Shown: positions 58,291 through 64,000 of the stretch, in pieces
Numbering within the stretch: the first letter of the stretch is position 1
Layout of the letters: the number at the start of each line of letters is the position of its first letter
Assembly: GCA_963662285.2 (NCBI GenBank)
Contig: CAXXMV010000008.1
Coordinates: 736,001-800,000, forward strand
Direction: 5' to 3'
DNA length: 64,000 bases
Source: a bacterium
GTDB taxonomy: Bacteria; Hinthialibacterota; Hinthialibacteria; Hinthialibacterales; Hinthialibacteraceae
Notes under the pieces: model-generated
Told to the model about the DNA's origin: nothing
The model's input: only the letters and a program-made list of their open reading frames with translations
Database searches by the model: none
Translations under genes and position numbers: made by a program

Positions 58291-60348
58291 TTATCCAACC
58301 AGTAGTGGCGCCAAAACCAATGAAATAACCGCCATCAACTTGATCAGAATGTTAATCGAAGGACCAACAGTATCTTTCAGAGGATCGCCCACAGTATCGC
58401 CTACAACGGCTGCCTTGTGAGTATCTGATCCCTTACCGCCGAAATGACCTTCTTCGATGTATTTCTTGGCGTTATCCATAGCCCCGCCGCTGTTAGCGCA
58501 CTGAATTCCAAGGCAAACGCCTGAAATCAATGTACCAATCAAAACGCCAGCCAGGGCCGCAGCGCCCATAGTGAAACCGATGATCGGAGGAACGATAATA
58601 GCAATAGTTCCTGGAAGCAACATGCCGCTGATAGCGCCTTGAGTACTGATATCAACGCAACGGGCTGAATCAGGCTTGGCTGTTCCTTCCATCAGGCCGG
58701 GGATTTCACGGAACTGACGGCGAACTTCTTCAATCATGGCATAAGCCGCTTTTGATACAGCCCTGAATAGACGAGCCGAGAAGAAATATGGCAGCATACC
58801 GCCAAGCAGCAAGCCAGCGATAACATTAACATTGTTAAGAGAAACCGAAGCATCAGTCAATTTAGCTGAGACGAGAAACGCCGAAACCAGACCAACCGCA
58901 GCCAGCGCAGCCGAACCAATGGCGAAGCCTTTACCGATAGCAGCAGTAGTGTTACCGACTGAATCCAGGTTATCAGTGATCTTGCGAACTTCAGGATCAA
59001 GACCAGCCATTTCAGCGATGCCGCCGGCGTTGTCAGCAATAGGACCATAAGAGTCAACCGCAACGACCATACCGGTTGTCGCCAGCATACCCAAAGCAGC
59101 CATGGCCACGCCATAGAAGCCGCCGATGTAGAAGGATAACATAATAGAAGCAGCAAGAACGATTATAGGAATGGCAGTACTTTCCATACCAATGGCGATG
59201 CCATCCGTTACGGTAAGAGCAGGACCGCTCTGTGAGTTTTCCGCTAATTTCTTGACTGGCTTGTAATCAGATGAGGTGTAATACTCACTCATAAATCCAA
59301 CCACTGTTCCACAGGCAATACCAATGATAGTAACCCAGAATGGCGCCATCTTGCCGTAAGTAATATCGCCTTCGGTCCACTCACTGCCAATCAACGCAAT
59401 AACTATTCCGCTAATAACTACGGTAATGATAGCGCTTACATAAGTTCCGCCCATCAGAGCGCCTTGTGGATTACTTGATCCAAATTTCTTTACATAAAAA
59501 ACGCCTAGTATAGAGGCGAACAATCCGATTGCGGCAACCGCAAAAGGAATAACTAACAAAGATGGATTGGCAATACCGCTAACCGCTGAAATAGAAACGG
59601 CAATAGCCAGCGATGCAATAATCGACTCAACATAAGACTCAAAAAGGTCAGCGCCCAAGCCAGCCACGTCGCCGACATTGTCGCCAACGTTATCAGCGAT
59701 AACCGCAGGGTTGCGGGGATCATCTTCAGGTATGCCAGCTTCAACCTTACCAACCAGGTCAGCGCCCATATCAGCGCCTTTGGTGTAGATTCCACCTCCG
59801 CTACGGGCGAAAAGAGCCATTAAACTGGCGCCCATGGCGTAACCACTTACAATTTCCATTTTGCCGTCAGCAACAAAAAATACCACTACCAATCCCAGTA
59901 AACCTAAACCAACAACCGAAAGCCCCATTACCGCTCCGCCTGACACGGCAACGTTGAGAGCAGCCTTTAAACCGCCGACTTTGGCAGCTTGCGTTGTACG
60001 GCAGTTTGCTTTAGTGGCGATTGACATACCGATATAGCCAGCCAAAGCCGACATCATGGCGCCAATAATAAAAGCAATGGCAGTTCCATAACCAAGATCA
60101 ACACTAGTCGTAAATTGTGGTATTACGCAAAATATCACTGCTATTACCATCACGAATCCGAAAACCCAGATATATTCCCTTTTCAAGAAAGCGCGGGCGC
60201 CTTCCTGGATCATACTGGATATGTCCTGCATTGTTTCATTTCCAGGATCCCTGGAAACTACATCTTTTGCTAAAAATGCAACAAATGCCAAGGCGGCAAC
60301 TGATGCAATTACACTAACAACAAGCATAACTAATAATAATGTTGACAT
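58291..60348 (-). CDS. hppA: Membrane pyrophosphatase, K+-dependent type (probably Na+-translocating)
   Basis: [26 protein letters not shown]; GNTTAA (Ala, K+-dependent signature). Confidence 0.95.
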   Translation of the reverse strand: MSTLLLVMLVVSVIASVAALAFVAFLAKDVVSRDPGNETMQDISSMIQEGARAFLKREYIWVFGFVMVIAVIFCVIPQFTTSVDLGYGTAIAFIIGAMMSALAGYIGMSIATKANCRTTQAAKVGGLKAALNVAVSGGAVMGLSVVGLGLLGLVVVFFVADGKMEIVSGYAMGASLMALFARSGGGIYTKGADMGADLVGKVEAGIPEDDPRNPAVIADNVGDNVGDVAGLGADLFESYVESIIASLAIAVSISAVSGIANPSLLVIPFAVAAIGLFASILGVFYVKKFGSSNPQGALMGGTYVSAIITVVISGIVIALIGSEWTEGDITYGKMAPFWVTIIGIACGTVVGFMSEYYTSSDYKPVKKLAENSQSGPALTVTDGIAIGMESTAIPIIVLAASIMLSFYIGGFYGVAMAALGMLATTGMVVAVDSYGPIADNAGGIAEMAGLDPEVRKITDNLDSVGNTTAAIGKGFAIGSAALAAVGLVSAFLVSAKLTDASVSLNNVNVIAGLLLGGMLPYFFSARLFRAVSKAAYAMIEEVRRQFREIPGLMEGTAKPDSARCVDISTQGAISGMLLPGTIAIIVPPIIGFTMGAAALAGVLIGTLISGVCLGIQCANSGGAMDNAKKYIEEGHFGGKGSDTHKAAVVGDTVGDPLKDTVGPSINILIKLMAVISLVLAPLLVG

Positions 60349-60497
60349 AATCGTTCCTCTATAATATTTTGTTTATTAATTCTCTATGACGTGAAAAAGC
60401 TGAAAATCCACCCTTGGAGGTGACTTTCTTATGATTATACTTTATTTTTTACGTTTCCGTAGGTGTGCAGAACGGTTGTAGATTAAACAACATAACT

Positions 60498-61052
60498 CTA
60501 ACAATTCCAGCGATTCATCGATTTTTCTATACCTACTGACAGAATAGAATCCACCGCTTTCACCGCATTATCCAGGGTCTCGTCTACAATTATACGCTCT
60601 TTGGTTGAAAATGGTTCAAGCACATAATCCACCCAATCCTTACCAGCTTCGCCAATCCCAATCCTAAGACGTGGAATATCCTGCGTACCAGCTATGCTCA
60701 AGATTGAACCCAAACCGTTATGCCCCCCATCTCCACCTGTATACCTAAGGCGCATTTTACCTAACGGCAGGTAGAAATCATCCAGAACCACAAGCGTTTC
60801 TTGATAATTCACCTCCGGATCCCGCAAAATGCGCTTCAAAGCATCTCCTGAGCGGTTCATGAAAGTCATTGGTTTTACCAGCAGAACAGGATTATTTCTG
60901 CGATTGCCCGATCCAAAAACGTATTTTGAGCCTGACTGATCTACTGGTATATTCCAATGAGTGGAAAGTAAGTCGATTAGATCAAAACCGACGTTATGCC
61001 GGGTTGATTTATATTCAGCGCCTGGATTCCCCAGGCCAACTATACACCACAC
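60498..61052 (-). CDS. pth: Peptidyl-tRNA hydrolase (likely GTG start at 61052)
   Basis: VGLGNPG..Y..TRHNVGF, KP.TFMN.SG, GGHNGL, RLRIGIG. Confidence 0.95.
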   Translation of the reverse strand: MWCIVGLGNPGAEYKSTRHNVGFDLIDLLSTHWNIPVDQSGSKYVFGSGNRRNNPVLLVKPMTFMNRSGDALKRILRDPEVNYQETLVVLDDFYLPLGKMRLRYTGGDGGHNGLGSILSIAGTQDIPRLRIGIGEAGKDWVDYVLEPFSTKERIIVDETLDNAVKAVDSILSVGIEKSMNRWNC

Positions 61053-61062
61053 AATGATCCAA

Positions 61063-61713
61063 TTAACCTTCTGATTTTTCGCCTTCAGCCTCTTCGCCTT
61101 CTTCGCCTTCTTCACCCTCTTCAGCAGAAACTACATCAAGAGTCGTATCAATCTTAGGCACAGAGACCATCATCATGGCGCGTGAGCCATCAGTCAAAAT
61201 TTCATAGTTAGGATTATCTGGAATATCAGAAACATGAAGAGTTTGACCAATTATGACTTCAGTAACATCAATCTCAATTGCATCAGGAATATTAAGAGGC
61301 AAGCACTCAACTTCAATTTCACGAAGTTGCTGCTCAAAGACGCCGCCTGCTCTAACGCCTTTAGATACTCCAACCGGATGCACTGGAACCAAAGTTTTAA
61401 TAGCTTTGTCCGTCGAAACGCGACGAAAATCCATGTGTTTCAAGACGCCCGTCAAAGGATCATGCTGGGTTTCGCGAACCAGAGTCAATATCTCTCCATC
61501 CATGCCTTCAACATTAACGTTTACCAGGACATTCTCAGTGTCGCCATGTATCCGCATTTCTTTTTCGATCATCTTACGGTTTACGCTGATTGCAATTGGA
61601 TCAGAGCCTTCACCATATACTATGGCGGGAATCTGACCGGCACGCCGTAATGTACGGGCGCCGCCCTTGCCAGACGCAGTTCGTGTTGCAACTTGAATAT
61701 CTATTCGCTTCAT
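61063..61713 (-). CDS. rplY: 50S ribosomal protein L25 (Ctc-type long form)
   Basis: R...GKG.AR.LRR.G.IPAIVYG, HMDF; start MKRIDI at 61713 with GGAG RBS. Confidence 0.95.
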   Translation of the reverse strand: MKRIDIQVATRTASGKGGARTLRRAGQIPAIVYGEGSDPIAISVNRKMIEKEMRIHGDTENVLVNVNVEGMDGEILTLVRETQHDPLTGVLKHMDFRRVSTDKAIKTLVPVHPVGVSKGVRAGGVFEQQLREIEVECLPLNIPDAIEIDVTEVIIGQTLHVSDIPDNPNYEILTDGSRAMMMVSVPKIDTTLDVVSAEEGEEGEEGEEAEGEKSEG

Positions 61714-61742
61714 CGTTTGTCTCCCATTAAATGATTTTTTTC

Positions 61743-62786
61743 TTATTTTTGAGGTTTTGCGTACATCACTTCGCCATGCTGAAGATTGGCGAAAGGTCCA
61801 ATATTCATGCCCGGAGGAATGCTGCAATCCCGAAGATATGAACTATTAATATTGCAGTTTTCTCCTATTTCAGAATCAAATATCTGGGTTAAAGGTCCTA
61901 TCTGACTGCCTTGCCCGATCATGGACTTCCCGTAAATATGTGTATTAGGCTCTATAATCGTATCCATCCCGATGGTTACGCTATCATCTATAAAAGTGCT
62001 GGAAGGATCGACAATCGTTACTCCAGATAACATAAGACGCTCTAAGATCCTATCACGCATTATGCGTTCAGCTACCGCAAACTGCAAGCGATTGTTTATT
62101 CCCATTGTTTCTGATGGGACTTTGGTCACATATGCTTCAACACGCTTTTTTTCAGTAACCATAATCTGAATTACATCAGTCAGATAATATTCGCCCTGCT
62201 CATTGCTAGGCTCAACTTTAGATAAGGCCTCAAATAGGTCTTCTTTATCAAATACGTATGTTCCCGTATTAATTTCCTTGATTTTTTTCTCGTATATATT
62301 AGCGTCTTTATCTTCAACGATGCGTAACACGGAATTATCTTGATAACGCAGTATGCGTCCATAACCATCCGGCTTTTTCGTGCATGTGGTCAAAACTGTA
62401 GCTGATGCATCTTGATGGTGATGACGCTCAATCAGTTTTTCAACCGTCTCTTGAGTCAATAACGGCGCATCTCCCACCAGTACCAGTATATCCTCGGCGC
62501 AATCCTGGAACATATCTTTCGTCATCATCACGGCATGACCTGTACCAAGGCGCTTTTCCTGTAAAGCAAACTCAACCTTGAAACCTTCCAACGAATCTTT
62601 CATCAATTCGCTGGCGAATCCTATTACAACTACTTGGCTGGAATCCACCAAATCCTTGATCGTGCGTAGAATATGTACAATCATCGGACGTCCGCACACC
62701 CGATGAAGAGCTTTAGGCACCTGTGAACATAAACGCGTTCCATCGCCAGCGGCTAGAATAATTGAAGACAGTGGTTTTGTAGGCAT
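61743..62786 (-). CDS. glmU: GlmU-like uridyltransferase lacking most of the acetyltransferase domain
   Basis: ILAAG.GTR...PK.LH, Q..RLGTGHAV, GDAPL, YGRI, EINTG.Y, N.QGEYYLTD; ends shortly after IGPFA at 347 aa. Confidence 0.85.
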   Translation of the reverse strand: MPTKPLSSIILAAGDGTRLCSQVPKALHRVCGRPMIVHILRTIKDLVDSSQVVVIGFASELMKDSLEGFKVEFALQEKRLGTGHAVMMTKDMFQDCAEDILVLVGDAPLLTQETVEKLIERHHHQDASATVLTTCTKKPDGYGRILRYQDNSVLRIVEDKDANIYEKKIKEINTGTYVFDKEDLFEALSKVEPSNEQGEYYLTDVIQIMVTEKKRVEAYVTKVPSETMGINNRLQFAVAERIMRDRILERLMLSGVTIVDPSSTFIDDSVTIGMDTIIEPNTHIYGKSMIGQGSQIGPLTQIFDSEIGENCNINSSYLRDCSIPPGMNIGPFANLQHGEVMYAKPQK

Positions 62787-62961
62787 ACTTTTCCGTCGTA
62801 TTGATTTTCAAATCTTAAACCGATAATACAAAAACAGCCCGTAGGACGCCCCACGGCCTGAAATCCATCTAAGCAAACAGCATTAGATGTTGGCTGCATA
62901 CATATAAATCGTCAAGGGCTGAATAACTGCCTTATTACTATCTATCCCGAAATCTCCCCTC

Positions 62962-64000
62962 TCAGACCACCATTTTGCATAGTATTTCCGCCGCAATCAC
63001 GCCTCCATCAACTTCTGCAACCGGAAAAGACTTACCTCTCCGATTATTATTACATGCAAAAAAATCTTGCAAAAATCCCCAATTGCCCCGGTTAAAATCA
63101 TCTTCCGCTATAGCAAAAGTCTCAATCCAGTGCTTTGACTGCTCCACCAGCACCTTATGTTCAGGAAAACTATTCCTCGGAGGATAGGCTATAGGGATTT
63201 GATGAGCGATGCATTCCGTCACTATGCCATACCCCATCTTCGCTAAAGCTAAATCCGAAGCCCTGATGGCGTCTGGATGATATGTATCTCTGGGATGAAG
63301 ATAATGCACATTTTCCGGACCATTTAACTTTTCATCAAATGTCAGAAAAGTAATATCATTATAAGTTTCAAGAAAACCGGCTTTTATTGCATCTATCCCC
63401 ATCCCCCCGAAAGAAACTAAAACTACCCTGGCGTCCTGATCAATGCCGAAATGATGACGTGATTCCTCACGGGTCATGCTTGATCGTCTGACAATTAACG
63501 GGATATCTCTTATATCGGGAAAAACCGAGAGGTCGCCTGATAATGGAGTTCTTAACAAAAGCGAACATTGCCTATAATAATCAGATATCCGGTCGATAAT
63601 CCCCTGAAAAGCCGGATTCTGATCAAGAAATACCTCAAAAATCCAGTTCCAACTAAAATTCGCCACAATAACTGATGGTATCCCGGCTTTTTGCGCCACA
63701 GCCACTGCAAAAGGAGAAATATCGCCAACAACTAGATTATTACCTCCTTGAAACCTATTGACTTCTTCTTCAGCCAGCCGGGGATAATCATCCAACAGAC
63801 CATTCCAGAAATCATAAGTGCTTTGCTGATCGTTCTTTAAACAATCAATTTGCATAATCCCCGCATCATGTTGTAGAGATCGGTATTCAAAAGGCCGGAT
63901 CAATGACCTATCAAACAACCATTGCGGCGCCGAAGTAATTATCTCTACTTCAACCGATGATGGAATATGATTGATAACCTCAATTGCGCGGGTTGAATGG
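62962..64000 (-). CDS. GT-B fold glycosyltransferase-like protein (5' end outside the window)
   Basis: Frame open to the window end (HSTRAIEV...); GDI.P, NFSW.WI, SFGG, KMGYG...EC. Confidence 0.75.
   Translation of the reverse strand, partial: HSTRAIEVINHIPSSVEVEIITSAPQWLFDRSLIRPFEYRSLQHDAGIMQIDCLKNDQQSTYDFWNGLLDDYPRLAEEEVNRFQGGNNLVVGDISPFAVAVAQKAGIPSVIVANFSWNWIFEVFLDQNPAFQGIIDRISDYYRQCSLLLRTPLSGDLSVFPDIRDIPLIVRRSSMTREESRHHFGIDQDARVVLVSFGGMGIDAIKAGFLETYNDITFLTFDEKLNGPENVHYLHPRDTYHPDAIRASDLALAKMGYGIVTECIAHQIPIAYPPRNSFPEHKVLVEQSKHWIETFAIAEDDFNRGNWGFLQDFFACNNNRRGKSFPVAEVDGGVIAAEILCKMVV

Overview
The window has two halves. About 2.3-37.3 kb is a ~35 kb integrative island inserted at the 3' end of a tRNA-Arg(TCG). 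It is bounded by a perfect 49-bp att duplication (2339-2387 / 37255-37303) and has a tyrosine integrase and excisionase next to the tRNA. Its cargo is two divergent arms of large multidomain proteins that look like a nucleotide-signalling immunity/conflict system. The right arm encodes Zn-ribbon-TIR-NACHT-TPR, pseudokinase-TPR, RelA/SpoT-TPR-SLOG-RyR and a Nudix hydrolase. The left arm encodes a degenerate Nudix-cupin, a 2TM-RCK-RyR channel-like protein, DUF4062-NACHT-TPR-HEAT-FGE, a TIR-TM-WD40 gene split by one TGA, and a patatin; several TIR-like relics and IS remnants are interspersed. About 37.4-64 kb is core-like chromosome: sugar catabolism genes, an osmoprotectant ABC module, pabBC, a GH38 glycosidase, an IS481, ispE, ispD, rpsT, rpsR, ssb, rpsF, hppA, pth, rplY and a short glmU. 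A second highlight is a ~55-nt covarying structured motif found three times, each time 3' of a different transposase gene or remnant. Domain calls come from motif recognition by eye; no searches were run.
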